DNA of 64,000 bases. It comes from a virus (lineage: Duplodnaviria; Heunggongvirae; Uroviricota; Caudoviricetes). The stretch is from IMG/VR virus record IMGVR_UViG_3300046507_000526, positions 70,193-134,192 of that record. One strand, 5' to 3'. This document shows positions 1 through 9,363 of this stretch, one piece after another; position 1 is the stretch's first letter; each line of letters begins with the position of its first letter. Made by a program: the position numbers and the translations under genes. Below the pieces are notes generated by a model, which made no database searches, was not told where the DNA came from, and saw nothing but the letters and a program-made list of their open reading frames with translations.

Positions 1-1
1 G

Positions 2-2488
2 ATGCAAGTTCGTGGTCATAGCGAAGCTATCCTGAAACAGGAACATGTTGGCTGGTCTGATGGTGGTGTAGTAGCATATCTTGAAGCACTGGGTTTCGAT
101 GATGAAATCCTCGAAGCGTCGGGTCTTAAGAGTGGTAAGACGGGTCGTGATTTTCTTCCGTCCAGAGTGTTCATCTATCCTCATTATGTGAAAGGTCGTG
201 TCTCACACTTTACCTTCAAGGATCCTTTGAAGAAGCTTGCATATCAGCTTCCTAATAAGTATTCAATGAATGGTCATGAGTTCTGGGGTCAGGATACTGT
301 AAGTAAGAGCGACACGGTATATGTCGTAGAAGGTGAGAATGATCGCTTGAGCTTGCTGGATGTAGGCAAGGAAGCAGTTCTCGCAACCATCGGTCAGATT
401 TCTGGAAGCCAGCTCGATTGGCTGCGTGAAAACCTGTCCGATAAACACATCGTCACGTTCTTCGATAACGACAAGGCCGGTGGCAAGTACCGTGACAAAC
501 TTGAGAAGATTCGTAAATTCTTTAATAGCCTGACGCAAGTTGTGCCGGGAGCCGAAGACGATGACATTGATAAACTAATTCATGAAGGGGTGAATGTAGA
601 TGAACTCGTTACGGCGAGCAAAGGTACAACAAGAGAAGTCCCGGTATCAAATAACGAAGCAGCTGACACATATCTCGGACGCCTCGAAGCGGCGGCTGGT
701 GATGCTGGTGCTGGAGGGGACTCGGAAGTTTTTAGCGAAGCTGAAGATGCAGAAATCCTTCCTCCAGGTAAGGACCTTAGTCAAAATTCCGTTGTTCAAA
801 AGAAAAGTGCCTACTGGCGTGTAACGTTTAAAGACGGCGAACCGCAGTACAACAAGATCAGTGATTTTGTAATCGTTCTTAAGAACATCTACATCACTGA
901 AGATGGAGATAGACATCGTGAAGTCGTTATCATTCGGGAAGACGGACAGAAATCGAATCCCGTACTCATCGATTCAGAAACTAAGGTCAGCCTTAAGCCA
1001 TTTCGAACTTTACTCGCAAAAGCAGTCGATGCAGATTTTAAGGGTAACGAACGTGATATGTCAGGCGTATGGGACCTTGTATATGCTCAGTCCGCCGAAA
1101 CCCAGGTTCGTGTCACCCGCACAGTGGGAAGACATGAGGGAATGCGAGGGTGGATCTTCCGGAACAAGTTTATCTCCGATACAGGAGCTGTCATTGATCC
1201 AGACAAAGATGGCGTTTATTGGCTGGCCGGTAAAACAGTTGGAATTAGACCAGAGTCTCTCAACGTTGCCTCGAATCAGCCTAGTACAAATGGGGACAAC
1301 GCCGGGAAAGTCGATATCCCTTTCATTGACACAGCACTTAGTAGAGAAGATGTAGATGATCTGATGAAGGGTGTTGTAGAGAATCTTTCTAAGAATCTCA
1401 ATAATCCAGGTCAGGCTTTGAGTATTCTCGGTTGGATGTATTCCTGTATCTATTCGAACACGATCTTTTCCTTGAACAAGAGTTTCCCATTTCTATTCTT
1501 GTGGGGTACAAAGGGTAAGGGTAAAACGTCTATTGCGAAGTGGATTCAAGACTTCTACGATATGCGTGATTGCGGTTACACTTCTGTTTCGCAACTTAGG
1601 TCAGCTGTAGGTTGGGGGCGTAAGGTCGAATATTACTCGTCGCTCCCAGTGTTCATTGATGAGATTCGAGCTGACAAAGAGACAGGTGAGTATTTGAGCT
1701 TGTTCCGCAGTTATTTTGATAGAGCACCACGTACTATGGGGGTTAAAGATGGTTTTGGTGTCAAGACTCAGGAAGTTAGATCTTGCTTCATCTTCGTCGG
1801 TGAGGATCTATTTGACGACCCTGCGGCCCGTGAGCGCTGCATACCTGTGCGTATCCCGGTTAATAACCGTGAGTTGACTGATTCCTATCGCTGGCTGGAA
1901 GACCATCGTCATCTGTTTAGCGGCGCAGTCTATAATTGGATTATGGAATCTGCAGATGAAGATAAAGAGAAGTTGAAAGAGCAGATTCGTGAGCTGGATA
2001 AAGAACTTGTCCGTGAAGCAAAATGCTCCCAACGTACTTCAAAGAATTGGGCTGTAATTGGGGTATTCGCACAACGTCTTGCAGAACGTTACATGCCTGA
2101 CTTTGACTTTAAAAAGTACCTGTTTGAAGCATCGACTGAAGAAGCAAGTAGTCAGAAAGCGGATTCAACGGTCATGCAGTTTTTCGAGCACGTAGAAGCA
2201 ATGCAGGCTAATGAATTCTCCAAGGTTAATAATCAACATATTATGGCTGATGGTAATCTGGTTCACGTCTGGTTCCCAGCTGTGTATAAGGCAGTTGTCG
2301 ATGATAGTCGTGGCAAATTTCCATTCTCGAAAAATGCAGTCATTTCAGCTATTCGAGAAGAACCCTATTTTGTCAGTGATGATAGAAAGGTGAAAATGGG
2401 TATGAACGGTGCACGGAGAATCGTTTTAACCCTGGATATGGACAAGGCTCCGGATGTAATCAAGAACATTGGGAATTACAATGATTGA
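2..2488 (+). CDS. DNA primase-helicase (TOPRIM primase fused to D5/SF3-like P-loop NTPase); 5' end cut by window edge
   Basis: TOPRIM-like motifs VVEGENDRLS and FFDNDKAGG; downstream Walker A WGTKGKGKTS and Walker B VFIDEIR; zinc-binding N-terminus of primase presumably upstream of position 1. Confidence 0.8.
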   Translation: MQVRGHSEAILKQEHVGWSDGGVVAYLEALGFDDEILEASGLKSGKTGRDFLPSRVFIYPHYVKGRVSHFTFKDPLKKLAYQLPNKYSMNGHEFWGQDTVSKSDTVYVVEGENDRLSLLDVGKEAVLATIGQISGSQLDWLRENLSDKHIVTFFDNDKAGGKYRDKLEKIRKFFNSLTQVVPGAEDDDIDKLIHEGVNVDELVTASKGTTREVPVSNNEAADTYLGRLEAAAGDAGAGGDSEVFSEAEDAEILPPGKDLSQNSVVQKKSAYWRVTFKDGEPQYNKISDFVIVLKNIYITEDGDRHREVVIIREDGQKSNPVLIDSETKVSLKPFRTLLAKAVDADFKGNERDMSGVWDLVYAQSAETQVRVTRTVGRHEGMRGWIFRNKFISDTGAVIDPDKDGVYWLAGKTVGIRPESLNVASNQPSTNGDNAGKVDIPFIDTALSREDVDDLMKGVVENLSKNLNNPGQALSILGWMYSCIYSNTIFSLNKSFPFLFLWGTKGKGKTSIAKWIQDFYDMRDCGYTSVSQLRSAVGWGRKVEYYSSLPVFIDEIRADKETGEYLSLFRSYFDRAPRTMGVKDGFGVKTQEVRSCFIFVGEDLFDDPAARERCIPVRIPVNNRELTDSYRWLEDHRHLFSGAVYNWIMESADEDKEKLKEQIRELDKELVREAKCSQRTSKNWAVIGVFAQRLAERYMPDFDFKKYLFEASTEEASSQKADSTVMQFFEHVEAMQANEFSKVNNQHIMADGNLVHVWFPAVYKAVVDDSRGKFPFSKNAVISAIREEPYFVSDDRKVKMGMNGARRIVLTLDMDKAPDVIKNIGNYND

Positions 2489-2585
2489 CGCATTTGTATG
2501 TATCGGTATTATCTCTGTCGTGGCCGTCGGCTTTCTTATCGTGATTAAAGTTCTGGATTGGTTCGCAGATAGAAAAACGTTTTAA
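2481..2585 (+). CDS. small hydrophobic peptide (34 aa)
   Basis: ATG overlapping primase stop (ATGATTGA); hydrophobic stretch IGIISVVAVGFLIVI; not in ORF track (<60 aa). Confidence 0.25.
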   Translation: MIDAFVCIGIISVVAVGFLIVIKVLDWFADRKTF

Positions 2586-2601
2586 AAGTTATAAATAGTT
2601 G

Positions 2602-2636
2602 TTGACAGAAGACTTTGCTGATATTAAAGTAGAGTC
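2602..2636 (+). promoter_or_regulatory. sigma70-like promoter candidate (TTGACA-N17-TAAAGT)
   Basis: TTGACA at 2602 with 17-bp spacer to TAAAGT, upstream of ORF 2665. Confidence 0.3.
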
Positions 2637-2664
2637 TTCTAAACAACTTCTTGTCTAATAACAA

Positions 2665-2907
2665 ATGAACAAGACCTACAACGCGGAACGCCCGTTTCGC
2701 AAACCAAATCGCAGTTTTTACGGTCCAGGTAAATTCAAGTATGCTATTTACCCAGACTTTTGGAAGAATACCTGGGGTCAGAAACCGCTCCTAGGTTATG
2801 TTTGGGCGGATGATGAATTCTACGCCATCCGGGAAGCTTACTCGAAAAATCTGCTTACCTACAATTACACGTTTGGACCTAAAGCAGTAAAGATCCATTC
2901 GGCTTAA
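2665..2907 (+). CDS. hypothetical protein
   Basis: ATG ORF 80 aa, no recognisable motif. Confidence 0.45.
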   Translation: MNKTYNAERPFRKPNRSFYGPGKFKYAIYPDFWKNTWGQKPLLGYVWADDEFYAIREAYSKNLLTYNYTFGPKAVKIHSA

Positions 2908-2934
2908 CACTCTAGATATACAATTGGAAATTAA

Positions 2935-3210
2935 ATGACAACTAAAGCACAACTTATTAACTCTATCAGCGCAGACCTCGGTATCACCAAGAAGGCAGCA
3001 GCTGGTTTCCTCAACTCCTTTGCCAAGACGGTACAAACCGATCTCAGCGCAGGAGAAGCTCTGATTCCGGGTATCGGTAAACTGAAGACTCGTGATCGTG
3101 CAGCTCGTTCGGGCCGTAACCCTCGCACAGGTGAAGCTCTTCAGATCTCGGCTCGTAAGACTATTCGTCTTGCTGCTTCGAAGGGTCTCAAGGCGCTCGT
3201 TAACGCTTAA
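2935..3210 (+). CDS. HU/IHF-like histone-like DNA-binding protein
   Basis: 91 aa; C-terminal arm motif RNPRTGEALQISARKTIRLAASKGLK typical of HU/IHF beta-arm. Confidence 0.8.
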   Translation: MTTKAQLINSISADLGITKKAAAGFLNSFAKTVQTDLSAGEALIPGIGKLKTRDRAARSGRNPRTGEALQISARKTIRLAASKGLKALVNA

Positions 3211-3244
3211 AGAAAATACCAATTATTGGTATAAGAGTGTTGTA

Positions 3245-3270
3245 AGCCAGGCAATTGTCTGGCTTTTTTT
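3245..3270 (+). terminator. rho-independent terminator
   Basis: hairpin AGCCAGGCAATTGTCTGGCT followed by T7. Confidence 0.6.
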
Positions 3271-3282
3271 ATTGGTGTTTAA

Positions 3283-3642
3283 ATGCAAGATAAAGAATTA
3301 CTTTTGGTGTGGGCTCGTACAGAGCATAGCGAGTCGTTTACCGACAATGAAGGTACACCTTCGGGTGGGGCCGGTGGCAAAACAGAACTAAGAGGTGTCG
3401 CTTCGGATATGGTCTCTGCAATCGGATTGATATGGACAGACTATGCTCAGCTATTCGATGAAAGCGATCTGGACCAGAAAGACTTTCCCCTGGTGGAGAA
3501 ACAGAACGACGGAGAAGGGGATTATCTGGAAGTCGTAATAGAGCAAAATGTTTCAAATGAAGACGGCCAAGGTCACTATAAACAAACGATCCAGTGGTAC
3601 GTTGAAGAAATTACTTTAAATACTCTTATTGATGAAGATTGA
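3283..3642 (+). CDS. hypothetical acidic protein
   Basis: 119 aa ORF, D/E rich. Confidence 0.5.
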   Translation: MQDKELLLVWARTEHSESFTDNEGTPSGGAGGKTELRGVASDMVSAIGLIWTDYAQLFDESDLDQKDFPLVEKQNDGEGDYLEVVIEQNVSNEDGQGHYKQTIQWYVEEITLNTLIDED

Positions 3643-3645
3643 ACC

Positions 3646-4602
3646 ATGAAACTTAATCAGCCTTTCCGTCGTCCCTCTCTCAACTCTGAAGAACGTGTTG
3701 CTTTCAATACACCGGAGCCGGTTAAGGCTGAAGTTTCAGAACCGGTTATTCCTCCGCTCGTTTCAAATAAACCGGAAATGCCTTCTCTGGTAAAAACTGA
3801 GACTTCTGAACCGGCACTTCCTAAATTGGAACGAGTGCAAAAGAAACAAGTTGAACTATCGCCCCCACAATCCGCAGCGGAAGTTAAGGCTACGGCAGAA
3901 CCTGAAACTTCAGGCGGGGTGCCGAAACTTGTGAAAGAGGAAAAGCCTGCGGTAGCATGGCCTTTCTCAACAGATGAACAAAAGGATTTGCAAGAAGAGC
4001 TTCAGACAGAAATGGCTAAGCCTGCAGTTCCTGAACTTCAACAGCCCGTTGCTATTCCGAAGCTTGAAATCACTAAGGGCAATGGCGAGGTTAAGAAGGT
4101 CGACATCCCTGCACTCGATGCTTACAACAAGATGGAAGTCGTTCATCTGTTGATAGGGCGTTCTTCAGAGGACGAAGAAATCGTTTTGCTCCAATCTTTT
4201 TCGGAGAGATTCGTCAGAACAAAAAACAAGGATGAATTCAACCAGAGTGTCTATGCTCGTATCAGCGCTCACTACCAAGCGATGTTCTCTACTCATCAGT
4301 ACGATTTGTATGAGCGTCGAGCCCATCACAGTATACAAGTTCAAACTGTTACTCCTCAGCTCGCCAACAAGGGAGTCGAGTGGGTTGCGGCTTTGGCTGA
4401 TGATGGGCTACCTGCTGGAACCGATACTCAAGCATACGCAAACTCAGAAGGTATAAGCACGGAGGATGCGTTGACTGAAATCAGAGAATATGGTCTTTTC
4501 CGAAACCCCGCATCATTCATCTACACCTGGGCTTTGGTGAAAGTGAAAATCGGGCACGACTTCGGTTCATATCGACTCTCTGAGTTGATGCCGACTCTGT
4601 AA
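3646..4602 (+). CDS. hypothetical protein with Pro/Glu/Lys-rich N-terminal half
   Basis: 318 aa ORF; low-complexity PEP/PAL repeats then globular C-terminus. Confidence 0.5.
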   Translation: MKLNQPFRRPSLNSEERVAFNTPEPVKAEVSEPVIPPLVSNKPEMPSLVKTETSEPALPKLERVQKKQVELSPPQSAAEVKATAEPETSGGVPKLVKEEKPAVAWPFSTDEQKDLQEELQTEMAKPAVPELQQPVAIPKLEITKGNGEVKKVDIPALDAYNKMEVVHLLIGRSSEDEEIVLLQSFSERFVRTKNKDEFNQSVYARISAHYQAMFSTHQYDLYERRAHHSIQVQTVTPQLANKGVEWVAALADDGLPAGTDTQAYANSEGISTEDALTEIREYGLFRNPASFIYTWALVKVKIGHDFGSYRLSELMPTL

Positions 4603-4605
4603 CCA

Positions 4606-4636
4606 AGGAGGGGCCATTCGGCTCCTTCTTTTTTTA
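4606..4636 (+). terminator. rho-independent terminator
   Basis: GGGGCC-ATTC-GGCTCC hairpin followed by TTCTTTTTTT. Confidence 0.6.
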
Positions 4637-4779
4637 GCCGATCAGAGAGGCTGAAGAGACCTACCTTAGGTTGGGTATCAATTAGGCATAGCAGCCTGTC
4701 CTAGGCCTTGTACGCAAGCCTCAGATACATTCGTGTCCGATCTTTGTACTTCTTTTTCGGACATCAAATGAGATGTTTT

Positions 4780-5330
4780 AAAAACTGGACAGATGGCCAT
4801 TTCAAAATCTCCTTTAAAATCAACAACTTACGACAATGTGTCCAATTTGTCCAAAATCAAAAATAAAACTGGACAGCCGCAAACCCATACTGGGCTTGGC
4901 TTTCAGCGGATTTGTCCAATTGTCCTGGTTTTTTTTCAAACCATACCTCACTTTCTAATAGAGAAATAAAAAACAAAAAAAGAAAAACTTAGGGTTCACC
5001 CTAACAGTCACAGAATCCGGGGGTCTTATATATATATAATATTTGAACTTTTTAAAAAATATATTTATATATAAGAGAGGTATTTCTCTTTTTGCAAAAA
5101 GATGTGTGTTGCTATTTATAAGTGAGGTATGGTTTGAAAAAAAACCAGGACAATTGGACAAATCGTCTGAAAGCTAAGCTGGGCCTACGTTTGCGGCTGT
5201 CCAATTTCTAAATTTAAAAAGGACGTTTTTGGACACGTCTCATAAGCTCTTGATTTTAAAGAGAAATCTCAAAATAAAACTGGACACCATTTTTGGACAC
5301 ATTCAAAGTCATCATTCCTAGGGGTTTTTG
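4780..5330. repeat. iteron-rich palindromic element, copy 1 (TGGACA/TGTCCA iterons, about 95-bp inverted repeat arms 4869-4952 and 5121-5210, AT-rich core 4953-5120)
   Basis: about 10 TGGACA-type iterons; right arm is reverse complement of left arm (about 90 percent); core TATATATATAAT...TATATATAAG; copy 2 at 63741-63990. Confidence 0.6.
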
Positions 5331-5337
5331 GTATAAG
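5329..5337 (+). promoter_or_regulatory. TGGTATAAG promoter motif
   Basis: conserved extended -10-like box. Confidence 0.4.
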
Positions 5338-5434
5338 TAAAGTATGGAGAAGAACTGTTGATTTCGCCTTCAGCAATTCCTCTCAACCTTGAATAGGGTC
5401 TACGGTTTCGTAGGGCCTTGACAAGTTGGTCTTT

Positions 5435-5472
5435 TACCGGCAGCTGATCCCCAAGTCTTCAGCCGGTTTTTT
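5435..5472 (+). terminator. terminator/attenuator-like hairpin
   Basis: CCGGCAGCTG...CAGCCGG followed by T8, directly upstream of thg1-like start. Confidence 0.4.
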
Positions 5473-5484
5473 TTGGTAAATGAA

Positions 5485-6327
5485 ATGGACGACAACGTAC
5501 AATCTATTGAACAAATCCGTCACCTTGACTTTAACGCTCTCGGTGACCAGATGAAGATGTATGAGAAGAAGTACAACAGCGAATACCTGATGCCCGGTTT
5601 GCCGATTGTGATCAGATTCGATGGCAACGCTTTTCATACCTTTACGAAGCACATGCAAAAGCCTTACGACAAAGATCTTGCTCAGACTTTCCAGTGCACG
5701 GTCGATGATCTTATCAGGGAGTTGAATCCTGATCTTGCGTATCATCAAAGTGATGAGATCAGTCTGTTCTGGTTTAACCATGACACTACCAAGCAGTTGG
5801 CATTTGATGGCAAAGTACAGAAATGGCTCAGCGTATACGCAGCCAAATGTACAGCTATCTTTAATAGCTTCCTGCAAGGGTTCATGCCTGAAAGCTATTT
5901 GATGAGACCTGTGTTTGATGCCCGAGTTTTCCAGTTCCCACGCTGGGACTTTGCATACGACTATTTCGTGTGGCGTCAATGGGATGCTAGAAAGAATAGC
6001 GTAAGCATGGCTGCACATCACTACTTTACCAACTCAGAGCTTCACGGCGTGAATACTGCCGAGAAAATTGAGATGTTGCATAAGGTAGGCGTTAATTTTG
6101 CAGAGTATCCGGAATCTTTTAGACAAGGCACGTTCACCCGTAAGGTAAAACGTCTGATGCCTATTGATGACGAAACCTGGGCTCGTATCCCCGATAAGAA
6201 CAAACCTGAAAACAGATTTGTAGAACGTAGTTTCATCGGAGTAGTTAAAGGTGTACCTAAGCTTACTTCCCTGACAGTAAGCAACGGTAGTTTTCAAATC
6301 TTTCATTCTGACTATAGCGTTGCCTAA
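5485..6327 (+). CDS. Thg1-like protein (tRNA-His guanylyltransferase family 3'-5' nucleotidyltransferase)
   Basis: IVIRFDGNAFHTFTK and AYHQSDEISLFWF match Thg1 motifs vRiDGr.FhkF and gqSDEySFvf; FVWRQWDARKNS matches WRQ.D..NN; ORF track start 5473 is TTG, first ATG 5485. Confidence 0.8.
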   Translation: MDDNVQSIEQIRHLDFNALGDQMKMYEKKYNSEYLMPGLPIVIRFDGNAFHTFTKHMQKPYDKDLAQTFQCTVDDLIRELNPDLAYHQSDEISLFWFNHDTTKQLAFDGKVQKWLSVYAAKCTAIFNSFLQGFMPESYLMRPVFDARVFQFPRWDFAYDYFVWRQWDARKNSVSMAAHHYFTNSELHGVNTAEKIEMLHKVGVNFAEYPESFRQGTFTRKVKRLMPIDDETWARIPDKNKPENRFVERSFIGVVKGVPKLTSLTVSNGSFQIFHSDYSVA

Positions 6328-6344
6328 ATTAGTAGCAACAATTG

Positions 6345-6353
6345 CGGTATAAG
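6345..6353 (+). promoter_or_regulatory. CGGTATAAG promoter-like motif
   Basis: variant of TGGTATAAG box upstream of polymerase gene. Confidence 0.3.
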
Positions 6354-6424
6354 CGTACTACCAGGAAGATAGCCTGGTGGTACAATGTATTTTTAAGAGA
6401 GGTAACACAGTGGTAAAACTCGCC

Positions 6425-7666
6425 GACATGGCGCTAAACGACTTGTATGCAAAACCAAAGATTACAAGTACAGTAGAGGCGGTTATTCATGTTAAAGAAG
6501 ATTTCAGCAAAATCAGCCCGACGTATTGTGAACGGGTCTGTAAGCTGAAGTGCAAGAATTATGAATCTGTTTCTTTAGCCAAGAAAGAACTGGATATTCT
6601 GATTATTCAGGATCACGCTGCACCAGATGGTAAGTGGGATAAATACTCCGGTCAACAAGAGCAGCAAATGCAGGACATTATCTTCCATCTCTGTAAAGCA
6701 GCAGGGTTCGGAGATCTGAAGTATAAGCTGGTAGATTTATTGAAGTGCCCGCCAACGGAAGAGGACTTTCCTAAGGGTAAAGCGCCGACGGCAACGACGT
6801 TGATGAAATGTCGACCGTACTTGTGGCAGGAAATTGAATCGTGTAAACCTAAGATTATTATCAGCTTGGCCACTGCAGTGACTAAAGCGTTGGGTTACAA
6901 GAAACATAGTAATTCTGGGAACCGTGGTGAGTACGTGGATAATGTCGTAATCACGATCCATCCTAGGGCGTTGACAATGATTCGTCAGAACGCCTCAGGA
7001 GCATTTTGGGGTCAAGAGTTGTATGGGGTTATCCTTCGGGACTTCAAGAAGGCAGCAGCGATGGCCAGGGGTGAGTTGAATCCTCCGAAGCTGGAAGATG
7101 CGATCAAGTTTTACAAAGAGAATCGTATTCGAGTAGCAGAGTCGATTGAAGACGTAAAAGAGTACATGGGTATTCTTAATTCGTTACCAATATCTGCGAT
7201 TATTAGCGTAGATACTGAAACCGTAGGATTCGATGGGCTAGCCCCAGATGCAAAGCTATTGTGTATTCAATTTGGATATAGAGATCCGGTTGATAAAGTA
7301 GTTAAAGCATTGGTCGTTCCGTTGTGGCATAGAGAGAACACGTTCTATAGCGGTGATGAAGCTTGGACGTTGGTGAAACCGTTCTTAGAAGGTGAACAGC
7401 CGAAAGTTTTGCATAATGGCAAGTTCGATATACTGTATATATGGTTTACTACGAAGGTTAGAGTTAGAAATGTAGCGTTTGATACTCTTCTTCTTTTACA
7501 TAGTTTGGATTCAGGCGCACAAGGTACGTATTCGCTTAAAACTGCAGTTTGGGACATTGTTCCCTGGTCTGGGCTCGGAGGCTATGAAGATCTACTTCCC
7601 AAATTGACCAAAGCAAAAGATCTTGAAGAAGAAACAGAAGAAGAAGGTGAAGTAGATGGCGATTAA
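6425..7666 (+). CDS. DNA polymerase I-like, N-terminal polypeptide: UDG-like domain plus 3'-5' exonuclease Exo I and Exo II motifs
   Basis: IISVDTETVGFDG (Exo I) and KVLHNGKFDILYI (Exo II); N-terminal region with degenerate family-4 UDG-like layout (ITIHPRAL); ORF track begins at GTG 6377, first ATG 6425; acidic tail EEETEEEGEVDGD. Confidence 0.7.
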   Translation, partial: DMALNDLYAKPKITSTVEAVIHVKEDFSKISPTYCERVCKLKCKNYESVSLAKKELDILIIQDHAAPDGKWDKYSGQQEQQMQDIIFHLCKAAGFGDLKYKLVDLLKCPPTEEDFPKGKAPTATTLMKCRPYLWQEIESCKPKIIISLATAVTKALGYKKHSNSGNRGEYVDNVVITIHPRALTMIRQNASGAFWGQELYGVILRDFKKAAAMARGELNPPKLEDAIKFYKENRIRVAESIEDVKEYMGILNSLPISAIISVDTETVGFDGLAPDAKLLCIQFGYRDPVDKVVKALVVPLWHRENTFYSGDEAWTLVKPFLEGEQPKVLHNGKFDILYIWFTTKVRVRNVAFDTLLLLHSLDSGAQGTYSLKTAVWDIVPWSGLGGYEDLLPKLTKAKDLEEETEEEGEVDGD

Positions 7667-9362
7667 GCGTATAGCACCCAAGGCTAAGAAGCCAATTGCA
7701 GAAATGCTGGAAGAGAAGATTGTCGAAAAAGCAGTAGAAGCACCTGCAGAAAAGAAAGCGCGGAAGAAGAAAGAGCCAACCGTAGTTGAAGTGCCTGAAG
7801 AAAAGAAGATCTATCGTACATACGAAGATTATCCGTATGCTGACCTGATGACTTATGCTGGTATCGATAATATCGTAACGTCGGAAGTTCTAACAGCACT
7901 GTGGCCCGACTTGGTAAAGCCGCAAGAACTGTTGATGCCACAGAAGAACGGCCAGCCCAAGAAGATCAAGGCTCCTGGAATTATCAAGTCCGTTGTCGAG
8001 ACTGAAATGCTCTGTCATGAGTTCATTATCAATCTCGAAATTAACGGAATGCTTTATGACATAGCACGTAACCGTGCAATTTCGAAGCAGATGGTTGAGG
8101 AAGTAGCAGAGTTCGAAGAGAAGATCTTCAGCGCTATTGGGAAACGAATCAATCTTGATTCCGGTACAGAAGTAGGCAAGTACCTGTATGAAGAACTAGG
8201 GCTTGAGGCTCCATTCAAGACAAAGTCTGGTGACGATGCAACTGACGGTGCGGCACTTTTGACGCTGGCGGGTTTGAATCCGTTGGCTAACCAGTACACA
8301 GCTCCGGATCCAGCCAAGCAGTTTTTGGCGGATATGGCTAAGAGAAAGGATATTAATAGTGTCCATAACACCTTCATTAAAACGTATGTTGAAGACTTTG
8401 TTCGCTCGGATGGTCGCATTCATCCTAGCTACAACATGTTTGGTACTAGCAGCTTTCGGATCACTGGGGATAGCCCAAATCTTACACAGCTACCTAGGCC
8501 TAAGCACGGGTACAACGTACGTGAATGTTATACTGTGGCTGACGGGAATGTATTTATTGCATTTGACTTTAGCTCAGCGGAAGTAAAAATCCTCGGTGCA
8601 ATCTGCCGAGATAAGAACATGCTGAAGGCGATTTCTGAAGGTCTTGATTTTCACTCGTTCTCGGCAAGTGCAATGATGGGTGTGCCCTATGAAGAGTACA
8701 TTCATATTCTTGAAGACGATTCACATCCGCTGAAGAAAGAGTACAAGCGTATGCGACAAGTTGCAAAAGTTCTGACGTTCTCAATCCTTTATGGTTCGTC
8801 AGTAAACGGTATTGCAATGCAGTTGCAGTTAGAGAAGAGCGAAGCGGAACGTCTGGTTAATATGTACTTCAATGCGTATCCTGGTGTTAAGGACTATATT
8901 GATGAGTCGCATCAGATGGCACTGTTGAACCAGAAAGTATGGACACCTTTTGGTCAGTACAAGCACGAGTATGTTGCTCAGCCTGCGTTCAAGCGTACCG
9001 CAGCATATAACGCATCACTGCGCAATGCACAGAACGTTCGTATTCAAAGTGCAACGTCTACGCTGGGTCTGGTAACGTTTGCACATCTGGATCAGGCAAT
9101 TCAGAAGATTGACCCACGCTGCAAGAGTATCTGTACCGTGTATGACTCGGTGGAGTTCGAAGTGCCGCAGGAACGTGCAGCAGAAGTGATTGAAACAGCG
9201 TTCTATTACATGAACGAATGGCCTGTCCAACATTTCGATTGGCTTGATCTCCCGATTGGTGTTGAAGGTGAAATTGGATTTAACTGGGGTCAGGTGAAAG
9301 AAGTTAAGCCTGGCATTACGCAAGAAGCGGTAAATGAGATGTTAATGAAGATGAGAGCGTAA
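7656..9362 (+). CDS. DNA polymerase I-like, C-terminal polypeptide: Exo III motif plus family A polymerase domain
   Basis: YAGIDNIVT (Exo III, Y-x3-D); motif A FDFSSAEVKILG, motif B RMRQVAKVLTFSILYG, motif C TVYDSVEFEV; ATG overlaps upstream stop by 11 nt. Confidence 0.85.
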   Translation: MAIKRIAPKAKKPIAEMLEEKIVEKAVEAPAEKKARKKKEPTVVEVPEEKKIYRTYEDYPYADLMTYAGIDNIVTSEVLTALWPDLVKPQELLMPQKNGQPKKIKAPGIIKSVVETEMLCHEFIINLEINGMLYDIARNRAISKQMVEEVAEFEEKIFSAIGKRINLDSGTEVGKYLYEELGLEAPFKTKSGDDATDGAALLTLAGLNPLANQYTAPDPAKQFLADMAKRKDINSVHNTFIKTYVEDFVRSDGRIHPSYNMFGTSSFRITGDSPNLTQLPRPKHGYNVRECYTVADGNVFIAFDFSSAEVKILGAICRDKNMLKAISEGLDFHSFSASAMMGVPYEEYIHILEDDSHPLKKEYKRMRQVAKVLTFSILYGSSVNGIAMQLQLEKSEAERLVNMYFNAYPGVKDYIDESHQMALLNQKVWTPFGQYKHEYVAQPAFKRTAAYNASLRNAQNVRIQSATSTLGLVTFAHLDQAIQKIDPRCKSICTVYDSVEFEVPQERAAEVIETAFYYMNEWPVQHFDWLDLPIGVEGEIGFNWGQVKEVKPGITQEAVNEMLMKMRA

Positions 9363-9363
9363 A

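Noticed and set aside
5434-6021. 195-aa minus-strand ORF
   Set aside because: It is antisense to the Thg1-like gene, which has strong catalytic motifs on the plus strand.
7640-7670. Intron or intein separating the two polymerase ORFs
   Set aside because: The ORFs overlap by 11 nt with no intervening sequence. A translational-coupling overlap, or at most a frameshift, is the only option.
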